A DNA stretch of 64,000 nucleotides from Coriobacteriia bacterium (GTDB lineage Bacteria > Actinomycetota > Coriobacteriia > WRKU01 > JAENWW01), in the NCBI GenBank assembly GCA_016649875.1, contig JAENWW010000003.1, forward strand, positions 26,415-90,414, read 5' to 3'. The position numbers were made by a program, and so were the translations under genes. Shown one piece after another: positions 35,062-45,164 of the stretch (its first letter is position 1; each line of letters opens with the position of its first letter). The notes below the pieces were generated by a model, which did not search any database, had not been told where the DNA came from, and saw only the letters and a list, made by a program, of their open reading frames with translations.

Positions 35062-36078
35062 ATGACCAATCGACGAACAAAAAGCATTTTGGTCATCATC
35101 GCGGCAGTCTTCGCGATTTATATCGGCACGCACCTCAAAGAACTTGAAAGAGTGATCGATACATTCGCCGCAGGGAATTGGCGATGGTTGCTCGTCGCCG
35201 CCTTGGCCCAGGTGGCCTATTTCGCGATGTATTCGAAAATGGTGCAATGGGCGTTTCGATCTGTAGAAATAAAGCGGGGCATCAAGGAGTTGCTGCCTCT
35301 TATACTCGGAGCGCTTTTCATGAACGTTCTGGCGCCGACGGGCGGCAATTCGGGGACGGTTCTTTTCGCGGATGATGCAGCGAGGCGTGAGGAGTCGTCG
35401 AGCAAGGCCGTGGTCGGCTATATGGCGAGCACGATCGTCAGCTATACGGCGTTTTCTTTCGTCTTGATCTTCGCGGTGGTCTACCTCAGGGTGGTCGGAT
35501 CGCTTGACGTCTACGAGATTTCGGGCGCATTGCTGTTCATCTTGCCGACGGTGCTCCCTCCGGTGCTCCTGATTCTCAGCGTGAAAAATCCCGACTTGAC
35601 GGTCAGGATACTCGGGCTGGTCTATCGAATCGTCATCAAGGTTCAGAAAACATTCAAGATGCGGAGTCGCCTTCAGGACGATTGGTCGCAAAGCATCAGT
35701 GAAGAGTTGATAGAGTCCGCCGAGTCGATCGCCTCCCACTATGGCGAACTCGTCAAAGCGGTGGCGCTTGCCCTGGCGGCTCACGTCGTCAGCATCCTCT
35801 CGCTGATCGCGGTCTTCTTAAGTTTCAACATCCATCTTCGTTATGGTGCCATTATCGCCGGCTACGCCTTTGCCGAAGTCGCCCGCGTCATCTCGCCACA
35901 GCCGGAGGGGGTTGGAGCGGTGGAGGCGATCATGCTGCTCATCTTCACTTCATTCGGGGTTGCGCCTATCAGCGCGACGGCGATATCCATGGCCTTCCGT
36001 GGTTTGAATTTCTGGTTCCCCCTTTTGGCGGGGTTCTTTTTCTTGCGGAAACTCGAGTCCTTTAAAAGCTCCCCCTAA
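35062..36078 (+). CDS. Lysylphosphatidylglycerol-synthase-like / flippase-like polytopic membrane protein (UPF0104 family)
   Basis: 338 aa with about 8 transmembrane segments and an N-terminal pattern typical of the LPG_synthase_TM family. Paired with the GT2 gene. Confidence 0.6.
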   Translation: MTNRRTKSILVIIAAVFAIYIGTHLKELERVIDTFAAGNWRWLLVAALAQVAYFAMYSKMVQWAFRSVEIKRGIKELLPLILGALFMNVLAPTGGNSGTVLFADDAARREESSSKAVVGYMASTIVSYTAFSFVLIFAVVYLRVVGSLDVYEISGALLFILPTVLPPVLLILSVKNPDLTVRILGLVYRIVIKVQKTFKMRSRLQDDWSQSISEELIESAESIASHYGELVKAVALALAAHVVSILSLIAVFLSFNIHLRYGAIIAGYAFAEVARVISPQPEGVGAVEAIMLLIFTSFGVAPISATAISMAFRGLNFWFPLLAGFFFLRKLESFKSSP

Positions 36079-36946
36079 GAAGGATTTCCGAGATGACGTT
36101 CGACCAGCCGTCTCCTGCGATTCCGTGGACTATTGCAGCGTTGGGGATGGTGTCGATGCGTTTATCGAGTCCGGGGGAGAGGAGCGCATTTTCGACGAGG
36201 AAACTCGCTCCGACGACTTCTGCGCATAACATGTCGCTCGGTCCGTCTCCGATCATTATGGCTTTTTGCGGATCGATTTTCCTTCGCTCGAGATCGAGCG
36301 CGATTGCACGGCGCTTGGATACACCTGCCGGAGTGAGGTGATAGGCGCGAATCGGCTCGTCGCTCTGTTTGAGGGTATGCATCTTTGGATGGATGACCCC
36401 GTTATCGATAAACGACAGGGGTAGCGCAATCGTTTCGAGCACCTCGAGTGCTTTTTGGCGGTTGACAAAGCCACGGAGCACGTCTGTCGTCTCCCGGTTT
36501 TCATGCCAGGGCGCATGGTGCTCGATTTGACCGGGAAAAGTTTCTTCCAGGAGTTCGAGGGCACCGGATTCACGAATGATATCGAGGGGAGTTTGGCCGT
36601 GCTTGAGTTTGAATTTCCACTCGGGGATATCGTAGATGATCTCGCGTTCGCGGCCGTCATAGTAGGTGCGAATCGCGCCCGCCTCCGCGATGAAGTCGGT
36701 CCAGCCGCACATGCGCACGATTTCGGTCAGCTGGATGCGGGAGCGTCCCGAAACCGGAATGATGGGGAGGCCGGCTTTATTGGCTGCAACTATGGTCTCT
36801 GCCGTGCGAGTCGAAGGCATGCCTTGCCCGTCGATGAGCAACGTGCCGCCTTTCCCCAAAAGGGTTCCGTCCAAATCGGTGTAGACGATCCGGACATCTT
36901 CGAGCGATGCGGTCAGTTCGGGTGCATCTTTGAGGTAGCGTGTCAT
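36062..36946 (-). CDS. HAD-superfamily hydrolase (Cof/IIB-type phosphatase)
   Basis: DLDGTLL motif I at the N-terminus and GDGPSD motif IV at the C-terminus. Confidence 0.7.
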   Translation of the reverse strand: MTRYLKDAPELTASLEDVRIVYTDLDGTLLGKGGTLLIDGQGMPSTRTAETIVAANKAGLPIIPVSGRSRIQLTEIVRMCGWTDFIAEAGAIRTYYDGREREIIYDIPEWKFKLKHGQTPLDIIRESGALELLEETFPGQIEHHAPWHENRETTDVLRGFVNRQKALEVLETIALPLSFIDNGVIHPKMHTLKQSDEPIRAYHLTPAGVSKRRAIALDLERRKIDPQKAIMIGDGPSDMLCAEVVGASFLVENALLSPGLDKRIDTIPNAAIVHGIAGDGWSNVISEILLRGSF

Positions 36947-37596
36947 ATCTGGTCCTTTTCCCTGAGGCCGGCCAATGCATATTTCGCCAGATCGTCGGCC
37001 AAATCGTTCGGGTCGAGACCGGGGTGTATGACAGTCCAGTTCAAAGCGCCGGCCAAAAACGTTGCGAATATGGTTTGCGCGGTGAATTGAATATCGAAGT
37101 CTTTTCTGAAGATACCGAGTTCTTGTCCGCGCTCTATTTCGCGGACGAATATTTTAACGATGTCTTGGACTTTGCTGTCGAGTGTTGCCCGCCATTCGCG
37201 GTCTTCGCGCCACATTTCGGAAAGTAAGAACTTCGCAAAGTCGCGTCGTTTATCGATTTGGCGCATCTGTTCGCGCGCCAAAGCATCGATTGCTTCGCTG
37301 GGATCCATTTCCGGGAGAATCGCTCGATTGAGTCTTACGGCCAAAAGCTCAAGCCCGGAAGCTATAAGTTGTTCTCCGAGCGCGGCTTTCGAATCGAAAT
37401 AATAGTAGACGACACCTTTGGCCACGCCTGCTTTTGCGGCGATTTCATCGACCGAAGCGCCCGCATAACCGCGTTCACCGATAATCTTCATCGCGGCTGA
37501 GAAGAGGAGCTCTTTTTTGCTTTTTTTCTTGGGGCTTTCTGTCGCCACGCGCATATCCTCTTCATCGGGTGGGTTGTGCTTCTCATTATACCGCAA
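36943..37596 (-). CDS. TetR-family transcriptional regulator
   Basis: TetR helix-turn-helix ERGYAGASVDEIAAKAGVAKGVVYYYFDSK. Confidence 0.8.
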   Translation of the reverse strand: MRYNEKHNPPDEEDMRVATESPKKKSKKELLFSAAMKIIGERGYAGASVDEIAAKAGVAKGVVYYYFDSKAALGEQLIASGLELLAVRLNRAILPEMDPSEAIDALAREQMRQIDKRRDFAKFLLSEMWREDREWRATLDSKVQDIVKIFVREIERGQELGIFRKDFDIQFTAQTIFATFLAGALNWTVIHPGLDPNDLADDLAKYALAGLREKDQI

Positions 37597-37687
37597 GGGT
37601 AATGCTCGGCGGTTCGATTACGCAGGAGAATTGACCGGTCGGTCAGATTATTGGCATAACGGTTACTTTATCCCATATAATGCTCGT

Positions 37688-38452
37688 ATGGCGAAAATCA
37701 GTATACATAATTTGTCGTTGACCTATAGCTCGGTGGGTGACGATATTCACGCACTCGACGGTATTTCATTCGAGGTCGAGCGAGGCGAGGCAATCGCTCT
37801 CATCGGACCGAGCGGTTGCGGAAAGTCCACGGTGCTCAAGCTCATCGCCGGTCTGATGAAACCCGATGTCGGGCAGATAACCCTCGATGGCGAACCGATC
37901 TTGAAACCGCGCCGGGAGACGGCGCTGATTCTACAGGATTACGGGCTTCTTCCGTGGAAGACGGTTATCGACAACGCGGCGCTCGGCCTCAAGATAGCGG
38001 GTTTGCCGAAGAATATCGCGCGGGAGCGTGCGAGGAAATCGCTGAGTGTCGTCGGTCTTGACGGCTATGAGAAGAATTTTCCCCAACAATTGAGCGGTGG
38101 AATGAAACAGCGTCTTGCGATTGCACGCTCCTTGGCTCTCGATGCGGACGTGGTGTTGATGGACGAGCCACTCTCCGCGCTCGATGCTCTGACGCGAGAA
38201 GAGCTGCAAAACGTGATGCTCGATTTATGGAATACGCGCTCGTATACACAAATACTTGTGACCCACTCGATCGAGGAGGCAATCTATCTTGGTCAAAGAA
38301 TCGTTCTCATGACTTCACGCCCCGGGCGTGTGGCTCGGATTATCGAGAACCCGGGAATGGGAACCCGCGCGTATCGGAACAGTCGCGAGTTCTTCGAAAT
38401 GTGCACACACTTACGCTCTTTGCTGGAAAGCGAGGGGGCGTACCATGGGTAG
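37688..38452 (+). CDS. ABC transporter ATP-binding protein (NitT/TauT / SsuB-like family)
   Basis: Walker A GPSGCGKST, signature LSGGMKQR and Walker B VVLMDEP. Confidence 0.85.
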   Translation: MAKISIHNLSLTYSSVGDDIHALDGISFEVERGEAIALIGPSGCGKSTVLKLIAGLMKPDVGQITLDGEPILKPRRETALILQDYGLLPWKTVIDNAALGLKIAGLPKNIARERARKSLSVVGLDGYEKNFPQQLSGGMKQRLAIARSLALDADVVLMDEPLSALDALTREELQNVMLDLWNTRSYTQILVTHSIEEAIYLGQRIVLMTSRPGRVARIIENPGMGTRAYRNSREFFEMCTHLRSLLESEGAYHG

Positions 38453-39227
38453 AATCGGCGACGCGAAAATGTCTGTAAAGGTCGGTCCGTTCCTCCGAAA
38501 AATCGGTGGATATATCGCGGCGACCGCTGCGCTCATTCTTTTATGGGCGCTTGCTTCGTGGGCGCTTCATTCGCCCGCGCTTCCCATGCCGGCGGCGGCG
38601 TTTAAACAGTTCTTCGCTCAGTTCACCGCCATGCTTCCGCACGCCGCAATTTCTTTGTGGCGCATCGCGGCGGCGATGCTCGCGGGCACCGCGCTGGCCT
38701 TACCGCTCGGGCTTTGGATCGGACGCTCGAAGAAGGCCGATGTGTTTTTCGCGCCGCTTCTCTATCTGCTCTATCCGATTCCCAAAGTCGTGTTCCTCCC
38801 CGTTTTGATGGTGCTGTTGGGACTCGGCGACGCGCCGAAAATCGTGCTCATCGGGACGGTTATCTTTTTTCAGACAATCGTCACTGCTCGCGATAGCGCC
38901 AAATCGATAGCGCCGGCAAGCATTATGAGCGTGCGTTCTTTAGGGGCTCGGCCCCTTCAGATTGCAATTGATGTTGTATTGCCGGCATCGCTGCCCGATC
39001 TGTTCACCTCGCTTCGCATCAACACCGGGACCGCAATCGCGATTCTGTTTTTGACGGAGTCGATAGCTGGCACAAGCGGTCTGGGATATTACATCGTCAA
39101 TGCGTGGGGGATGATCGACTATCCTTCGATGTTTGCCGGAATAATCGCAATGGCGTTGATGGGCGTAGTCCTCTACGAACTGATCAATCTACTGGAATCA
39201 AGGCTTTTGCGTTGGAAAAAGGCATAG
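38445..39227 (+). CDS. ABC transporter permease (SsuC/TauC-like, BPD_transp_1)
   Basis: Six transmembrane segments and the EAA-like loop (TARDSAKSIAPASIMSV...). It overlaps the ATPase stop. Confidence 0.8.
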   Translation: MGRIGDAKMSVKVGPFLRKIGGYIAATAALILLWALASWALHSPALPMPAAAFKQFFAQFTAMLPHAAISLWRIAAAMLAGTALALPLGLWIGRSKKADVFFAPLLYLLYPIPKVVFLPVLMVLLGLGDAPKIVLIGTVIFFQTIVTARDSAKSIAPASIMSVRSLGARPLQIAIDVVLPASLPDLFTSLRINTGTAIAILFLTESIAGTSGLGYYIVNAWGMIDYPSMFAGIIAMALMGVVLYELINLLESRLLRWKKA

Positions 39228-39272
39228 GATCATGGCCGCGCATCTGCGAAGATTGAAGCATCCCTGACAAAA

Positions 39273-39318
39273 TAAAAGAACAGGCCGAGAGCGAGAATGC
39301 ATTCAGCCTGTTCTTTTA
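39273..39318. terminator. Bidirectional rho-independent terminator between the ABC permease and tRNA-Arg
   Basis: AAGAACAGGC...GCCTGTTCTT 10-bp stem, flanked by A/T runs on both strands. Confidence 0.6.
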
Positions 39319-39326
39319 TGTATGTA

Positions 39327-39402
39327 TGGTGCCCCCGGCACGATTCGAACGTGCGACACCAGCTTTAGGAGAGCTGTGCTCTATCCCCTGAGCTACGAGG
39401 GC
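39327..39402 (-). tRNA. tRNA-Arg (anticodon CCT)
   Basis: Cloverleaf folded by hand: acceptor GCCCTCG/CGGGGGC, D-arm GCTCAGGGGATAGAGC, anticodon stem CAGCT/AGCTG with loop CTCCTAA, T-arm GCACGTTCGAATCGTGC and a 3' CCA. Confidence 0.8.
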
Positions 39403-39411
39403 ATAGAGGAA

Positions 39412-41280
39412 TTACTTCTTCGCGTCTATAAGCAAAGTGATGGTCGTTCCTTTTTTGACGCTTGCTCCATCTTGCGGATCTTGCTCGAGAACGGTGTTGT
39501 TCTCGGAATGGGGCTCATAGATAGAGGAAACCTTCAACCCGAGTGTAGTAAGCATGTTCGTTGCGGCTGCCTTTGTCAAACCGACGACGTCGGGAACTGC
39601 GACCTTGACGACCTGCGCCCCTTTGCTCACCGTTATCGTCACCTTCGAGCCGTCGCTTACGCTGAGCCCGGAACTGGGATTTTGGCTGATGACGACGCCG
39701 CTGGCCACCGTGTCGCTATACGTCTTATTCACCGATACCGTGAAGCCGGAGTCGGCAAGTTTTGTTTTCGCCCTCGCCTCCGATAGATCGACGACGCTCG
39801 GGACGGTTGAGGACCTAATGCCCTTTGAGGGAACGTAGGATATGGCAGATCCCTTGGTGACTTTTTCGCCGGAGAAGGGACTTTGACTTATGACGAATCC
39901 CGAGTCGACCTTGTCACTGTATTCGGCAGGCTGCGCATTCACGGTGAAGCCTGCTTTTTCAATTGCCGTTCGTGCGTCTGCTTCGGAAAGGCTCGTGACA
40001 TCGGGCACGGTGATTTTTTGAGCTCCGAGGCTTACCGTCAGGTTGATCTTCGCGCCCTTTTCCGCGTTTGTATCGGCGCTGGGCGACTGGCTGATAATCG
40101 AGCCCGCAACGACGATGTCGTCGTTGCGTTGCGTCGTCCCACCGACGACGAATCCGGCACCGGTCAGCTCGGTCGTGGCCTCTGTGAGTGTTTTCCCGAC
40201 CACATTCGGGACGGCTATGCTACTTCCTCCGAGAAGTCCGAGCCCATAGGCGGCTCCGATTCCCGCGCCGATGATGGATATGGCAACAAGCAGCCAAATC
40301 CACCATGTTTTCTTCTTTTTAGAGGCCATGTTCGGATCCTTCGGGTAGTTATCGTGTGTATTGCCATATTCGTTATGCGCACCGACGACCGGCATGACGG
40401 TCGTGGCACCGGCTGCCGCGCCCATCAGCGGAGCACCGACGAGTGTCGGGCTGTCGGTGCTACCCATGCCACGGGCGACTCTTAGCAAATCGCGTCGCAT
40501 ATCCTCTGAGGTGGCGTAGCGTTCGCGCGGATCCTTGGTAAGTGCACGCCCGATTATCGCTTCGAGAGCGGGGTCGAGAGCGGGATTTATTTTCGAGGGG
40601 CGAACAGGCTGTTCGTTGACTTGTTTGAGTGCGACGGCAATCGGAGTCTCCGCATCGAAGGGGAGTTTGCCGCAGCTTGCCTCGTATAACACGATACCGA
40701 GCGAATAAAGATCGCTTGCCGCCGTCAGGGGTTTACCTTGTGCTTGCTCAGGCGACACGTAGTGCGCAGTTCCGAAAACAGAACCGGTCTGCGTCATGGT
40801 GGTGTTGCCTGCACGTGCGATACCGAAGTCCATGACTTTGACGCCGCCGTCAGGGGTGACCATGATGTTATGCGGCTTGATATCGCGGTGGATGATATCG
40901 TATCCGTGCGCGACGGCGAGCGCGGCGCACACTTGCTGGCCGATGTCGGCGACCTCCTTGCTGGGGAGGAATCCTTTTTGTTGGATGAGTTTTTTGAGGT
41001 CCTGGCCGCGTACGTACTCCATGACGATGTAATACGTTTCATCGTCTTGGCCCCAGTCGTAGATGTTGACGATATAAGGACTCTGGAGGTTTGCCGCGGC
41101 TTGGGCTTCCTGTCTGAAGCGTGCGGCAAAATGTTCATCCGTGGCGTATTTGGCGTGCATGACTTTCACGGCCACACTACGCCCGAGCGTCTCATCGACG
41201 GCCTTATACACATCGGCCATACCGCCGGTGCCGATTTTTTCTGTCACACGATAACGCTGCCCAAAGATGGTGTTGATCAC
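39412..41280 (-). CDS. pknB: Ser/Thr protein kinase PknB with four C-terminal PASTA domains
   Basis: Hanks kinase motifs (GTGGMADVY, VAVK, HRDIKPHN, DFGIA, SPEQ). A transmembrane helix is followed by four PASTA repeats. Confidence 0.85.
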   Translation of the reverse strand: MINTIFGQRYRVTEKIGTGGMADVYKAVDETLGRSVAVKVMHAKYATDEHFAARFRQEAQAAANLQSPYIVNIYDWGQDDETYYIVMEYVRGQDLKKLIQQKGFLPSKEVADIGQQVCAALAVAHGYDIIHRDIKPHNIMVTPDGGVKVMDFGIARAGNTTMTQTGSVFGTAHYVSPEQAQGKPLTAASDLYSLGIVLYEASCGKLPFDAETPIAVALKQVNEQPVRPSKINPALDPALEAIIGRALTKDPRERYATSEDMRRDLLRVARGMGSTDSPTLVGAPLMGAAAGATTVMPVVGAHNEYGNTHDNYPKDPNMASKKKKTWWIWLLVAISIIGAGIGAAYGLGLLGGSSIAVPNVVGKTLTEATTELTGAGFVVGGTTQRNDDIVVAGSIISQSPSADTNAEKGAKINLTVSLGAQKITVPDVTSLSEADARTAIEKAGFTVNAQPAEYSDKVDSGFVISQSPFSGEKVTKGSAISYVPSKGIRSSTVPSVVDLSEARAKTKLADSGFTVSVNKTYSDTVASGVVISQNPSSGLSVSDGSKVTITVSKGAQVVKVAVPDVVGLTKAAATNMLTTLGLKVSSIYEPHSENNTVLEQDPQDGASVKKGTTITLLIDAKK

Positions 41281-41334
41281 GTAAGCTCACTCCGCTCGAT
41301 AAATAACTATCTGTATTGTAATGTATAGCCGATA

Positions 41335-44091
41335 TTAATGCAGGCCAAGTGCAGCTTTGAGCACCGCCCTTGCGGCGGGTGCTGCTATTTTGCCACCCTG
41401 TCCTCCGTTTTCAAGCATAATCGCCAGTGCGACAGTCGGGTTGTCTGCGGGTGCAAATGCTATAAACCATGCATTCGGTGTTTTTGTCTTCCCGATTTCC
41501 GCCGTCCCGGTTTTTCCGGCCACCGTTACATCGAGAAGGGCGGCGCCCCGTCCGCTTCCGTCGGCGACGACCCCTTTCATGGCGTCGGTGACTTGATTCG
41601 CGATATCTGTCGAGCATGCAGTTTTCCACCTCACCGGTGAGGTGATGCTCAAAGAACCTGTTATCTTGCCTGTCGGTGAGTTGATGCTTTTGATGACATA
41701 GGGCTTCATCACGATTCCGTCATCGGCGATGCCGCTTGCGATCAATGCCATTTGGAAGACGGTTGCTTGCGGACCCGCCGGGGAGGTGTGCTCGCCGACC
41801 GGTTGTCCGATTCCCGCCCATGCCGTTTCCCATGTAGTCATTTCCAACGGGTCGGGCATGAGAGAGGTCTCGATACCCAAGTCATAGGGAATGGTGCTGT
41901 TGAATCCGAATTTTTCCGATTGTGCGACAAGCCTCTTCGCGCCGAGCTGCACAGCCACCTGACCGAAGACCGTGTTTATTGATTTGGCGGTCGCCATTTT
42001 TAGCGTCGTCCTGCTGTAGCTTGATTTCTCGAAGTTGGTGACCGCTGCGTTTCCGATGATCATGCTGGCGGGTGCTTTATACGTCGTCGTCGGGGTGGCG
42101 ACATTGTTCGCATACACTCCGGTCAAGGTGACGACTTTGAACGTCGAACCGGGCGCGAGAATGGTTTGTCTCGATCGGTCGAGCAGGGATGAATTGCTGT
42201 CGGTATTGAGTTTCTGCCATTCGTCGGTGACGGTGCCCGGGTCAAATGTCGGGCTGGACGCCGAGGCCAGTACGGCTCCCGTTTTCGGGTTCATGACCAC
42301 TATCGCGCCTTTACCGCTTCCGGCCTCGAGCGCTTTCTCGGCAGCCTTTTGGACCTTCGAGTCGATGGTCAAAGTGACACTGTCGCCCTTAATCGGTTGA
42401 TTGGTCGCAGCGCCGATGACATCGTCGAAGGTGGAGAACGTGCGCTGTCCGGTGAGGACGTCGTTGGCTATGCGTTCGATGCCGGAACGACCGAATTTCG
42501 TTGAGTAGTAACCGATCGTATGCGCGGCAAGCGACTTATGCGGATAGACGCGCTTATAGGTGCCGTCTTTCTGCAGTATCGATTCAGCGAGGGTGACACC
42601 ATCGCTTGTGACGATTGGTCCGCGGGCACTCCGTAGCTCCCGTGATAAGTTTCGAGTATTCGCGACGTTGTTTTGCAAAGAGCGCGCATGGATGACCTGC
42701 AACCAAGTCAGGTTCCCGACGAGCGCGACCATCAGGAGCGAAAAGAACACCGCAAGCCCGCCCAAACGCTTCGATAAAGAGAGACGCCCGAGAACGGAAG
42801 TGCCTTTTTGTGCGCTTACCAATTCCGTGGACAGGCCGGTGGACGCGTCGCTCGCCCGAATGAGGAGTGCGAGCAACATAAAAGTCGAGAGCATAGAGGA
42901 GCCTCCGCGACTGATGAACGGTAAGGTGATACCGGTCAGAGGAATCAGTCCGGTCACGCCACCGACGATGACGAAAACCTGCAAACCGAGCGAGGCTGTC
43001 AACCCGACGGCGGTGAAGGAAGCCATGTCGGACTTCGCCCGGGATGCAATCGATATGCCTCGGTATATCACTACGAGAAAACAAATGATGACGGCGCATG
43101 CACCGAGGAGCCCGAGCTCCTCACCTATTGCGGCGAAAATAAAGTCGGTGTCGACGAAAGGAATGCGAGTCGGCAAGCCGGCACCTATGCCGCGCCCGAT
43201 GAATCCTCCGTCGGCGAAAGCGAAAATCGATTGGACGAGTTGGTACCCTTTACCGGCTGCGTCTTGGAACGGGTGTAGCCAAATATCAACACGCGTTTGA
43301 ACATGGGTGAACATTTTGTAGGCCAAAGTCGCTCCGCCGCTGAAAAGCACGAGCCCGATGGCGACATAGCTCGGCCTGCCGGTGGCCACATAGAGCATAA
43401 TCAGAAAAATTCCGAAGAAGAGCAGAGAGGAACCGAGATCTTTTTCGGCCACCATGACGAGAAAAGAAATCGCCCACATGAACAACAGCGGGCCGAGCGT
43501 GCGCAACTCCGGCATGGGTATACGCAAAATCCGCCGTGTCGATACGGTCAGCATCTCACGGTTTTCAGACAAGTACGAAGCCATGAATAGGATTATGAGG
43601 ACACGTGCGATTTCTCCCGGCTGGATGGAAAGGGAACCTAAGCGAATCCAAAGCTTCGATCCGTTGATTTCTCGGCCGATGAGTGCCGGCAAAACCATGA
43701 GAACGATTCCGACGACCATAAGTGTGTACTTATAATTCCCCACGCGTTCGAGGGAGGGAATGGCTGCGAGTATTGCGATGAGTGCCACGACGCCGATGAA
43801 AAGCCAGGCGATTTGGGTGAAGGCTTTTTCGGGCGTAAGGCGCGTGATGAACGCGATGCCGATGCTGCTTAAGACAAAAGCGACCGGGAGGAGAACCGGG
43901 TCCGCATTTTTCGCAAAATAGCGAAGGGCGATGTGCGCCGCGGCAAAAAGGGCGAAGAGGCTGATGGGTACGGTGAGGTACGTCCATGAAAAGTTGCCGC
44001 TTGCTTGAGCACCGACCAGTGCGAAGAGAAGTACCACCGGAACGGCAGCGACCGCAAGGAGCATCAACTCCCTATTTCTGCGTGAGCTCAT
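41335..44091 (-). CDS. Fused SEDS glycosyltransferase (RodA/FtsW) and class B penicillin-binding protein (PbpA-like transpeptidase), single 918-aa ORF
   Basis: The N-terminal roughly 430 aa are SEDS (10 transmembrane segments, PFISRGGSSML). The C-terminal half has a TM anchor, a PBP dimerisation domain and a transpeptidase domain with STFK, SIN and KTGTA motifs. One continuous frame with no internal stop. Confidence 0.75.
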   Translation of the reverse strand: MSSRRNRELMLLAVAAVPVVLLFALVGAQASGNFSWTYLTVPISLFALFAAAHIALRYFAKNADPVLLPVAFVLSSIGIAFITRLTPEKAFTQIAWLFIGVVALIAILAAIPSLERVGNYKYTLMVVGIVLMVLPALIGREINGSKLWIRLGSLSIQPGEIARVLIILFMASYLSENREMLTVSTRRILRIPMPELRTLGPLLFMWAISFLVMVAEKDLGSSLLFFGIFLIMLYVATGRPSYVAIGLVLFSGGATLAYKMFTHVQTRVDIWLHPFQDAAGKGYQLVQSIFAFADGGFIGRGIGAGLPTRIPFVDTDFIFAAIGEELGLLGACAVIICFLVVIYRGISIASRAKSDMASFTAVGLTASLGLQVFVIVGGVTGLIPLTGITLPFISRGGSSMLSTFMLLALLIRASDASTGLSTELVSAQKGTSVLGRLSLSKRLGGLAVFFSLLMVALVGNLTWLQVIHARSLQNNVANTRNLSRELRSARGPIVTSDGVTLAESILQKDGTYKRVYPHKSLAAHTIGYYSTKFGRSGIERIANDVLTGQRTFSTFDDVIGAATNQPIKGDSVTLTIDSKVQKAAEKALEAGSGKGAIVVMNPKTGAVLASASSPTFDPGTVTDEWQKLNTDSNSSLLDRSRQTILAPGSTFKVVTLTGVYANNVATPTTTYKAPASMIIGNAAVTNFEKSSYSRTTLKMATAKSINTVFGQVAVQLGAKRLVAQSEKFGFNSTIPYDLGIETSLMPDPLEMTTWETAWAGIGQPVGEHTSPAGPQATVFQMALIASGIADDGIVMKPYVIKSINSPTGKITGSLSITSPVRWKTACSTDIANQVTDAMKGVVADGSGRGAALLDVTVAGKTGTAEIGKTKTPNAWFIAFAPADNPTVALAIMLENGGQGGKIAAPAARAVLKAALGLH

Positions 44092-45164
44092 TTCGGGGCC
44101 TGCAAATTTTCTTGATAGCGGTGCAATCGGCTCATCGCCGCTTCCCGACTGTCGAATGTTTCCTCCGAAGATACATTTTGCTGCTCGATGGGCGGCAACA
44201 TGTCGACGGTGAATGTCGATTCGGTGCTGAGCGCACTGATGGAGAACCCGAGAATCGAACCGGGCACACCGGTGTAAACCGCCACTCGGTTATTGGGTGT
44301 GGCGGCGATATAGGCACGTGAGGAGGCGTAGTTTTTCAGCACCAGCCCGACTCCGGTGATGAGAGCGATGGCCAAAAGGACGGCGATAACGGAGAATCGG
44401 AGCGTTCGTTTCGTGTGCTTCTTTTGTGCGAGCGAGGTCGCATACTCATGGTCGATATCGATGATGATTGCGCTGATATTATCATTGCCCCCGGCATCGT
44501 TGGCCAGTTCGATGAGTTTTTCGGCGCATCGCGACGGATCGATTTCTTTATTGAGAACCTCTTCGATCTCAGTGTCATTGACCGGTCCGAATAATCCGTC
44601 GGAGCAAAGAAGCCAGCGATCGCCCCTCAGAGTTTCGTATTCATACGTGTCGACGAGCAGGTTGGGGTCGCTGCCGAGGGCACGCGTGATGACATTGCGC
44701 TGCGGATGAACGCGTGCTTCGGCGGCCGATAGGGAACCTGAACGCACCATGGTGGCGACTACGGAGTGATCTTCGGTGACTTGGGTGAGGCGTCCGGAGC
44801 GCAAGAGGTAGGCGCGTGAATCGCCGACCTGCGTGAATACGGCTCGTCCGTCTTTGATGATCGCGGCGGTCATGGTGGTTCCCATGCCTTGGTGCCCTAT
44901 ATGTTCCGCGGCGGCCTGGATGATTGCAGCGTTTGCTTTTTTCACCGCGCGCATGAGTGCGTTCACATCGGGTGTGAGCGGTGCGTTCGCCTGAACCTGC
45001 TCCACGGCGATATGGCTCGCGATTTCACCGGCCTCGTGTCCACCGAGTCCGTCGGCCACGATGAAAAGCGGGGGAGCCGCTAAAATCGAGTCCTCATTGT
45101 GATCTCTGACACGACCGACATTGGTCAGCGCGGCGTACGGGTATAGAGGAGTTTTCGGTGTCAT
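44088..45164 (-). CDS. pstP: PP2C Ser/Thr phosphatase (PstP-like) with a C-terminal TM anchor
   Basis: PP2C motifs (NEDS, ADGLGGH, DGLF) and one transmembrane segment near the C-terminus. Confidence 0.85.
   Translation of the reverse strand: MTPKTPLYPYAALTNVGRVRDHNEDSILAAPPLFIVADGLGGHEAGEIASHIAVEQVQANAPLTPDVNALMRAVKKANAAIIQAAAEHIGHQGMGTTMTAAIIKDGRAVFTQVGDSRAYLLRSGRLTQVTEDHSVVATMVRSGSLSAAEARVHPQRNVITRALGSDPNLLVDTYEYETLRGDRWLLCSDGLFGPVNDTEIEEVLNKEIDPSRCAEKLIELANDAGGNDNISAIIIDIDHEYATSLAQKKHTKRTLRFSVIAVLLAIALITGVGLVLKNYASSRAYIAATPNNRVAVYTGVPGSILGFSISALSTESTFTVDMLPPIEQQNVSSEETFDSREAAMSRLHRYQENLQAPK

Noticed and set aside
39322-39786. 154-aa + strand ORF overlapping tRNA-Arg and antisense to pknB
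   Set aside because: It overlaps a structural RNA and the 3' end of a strongly supported kinase gene.
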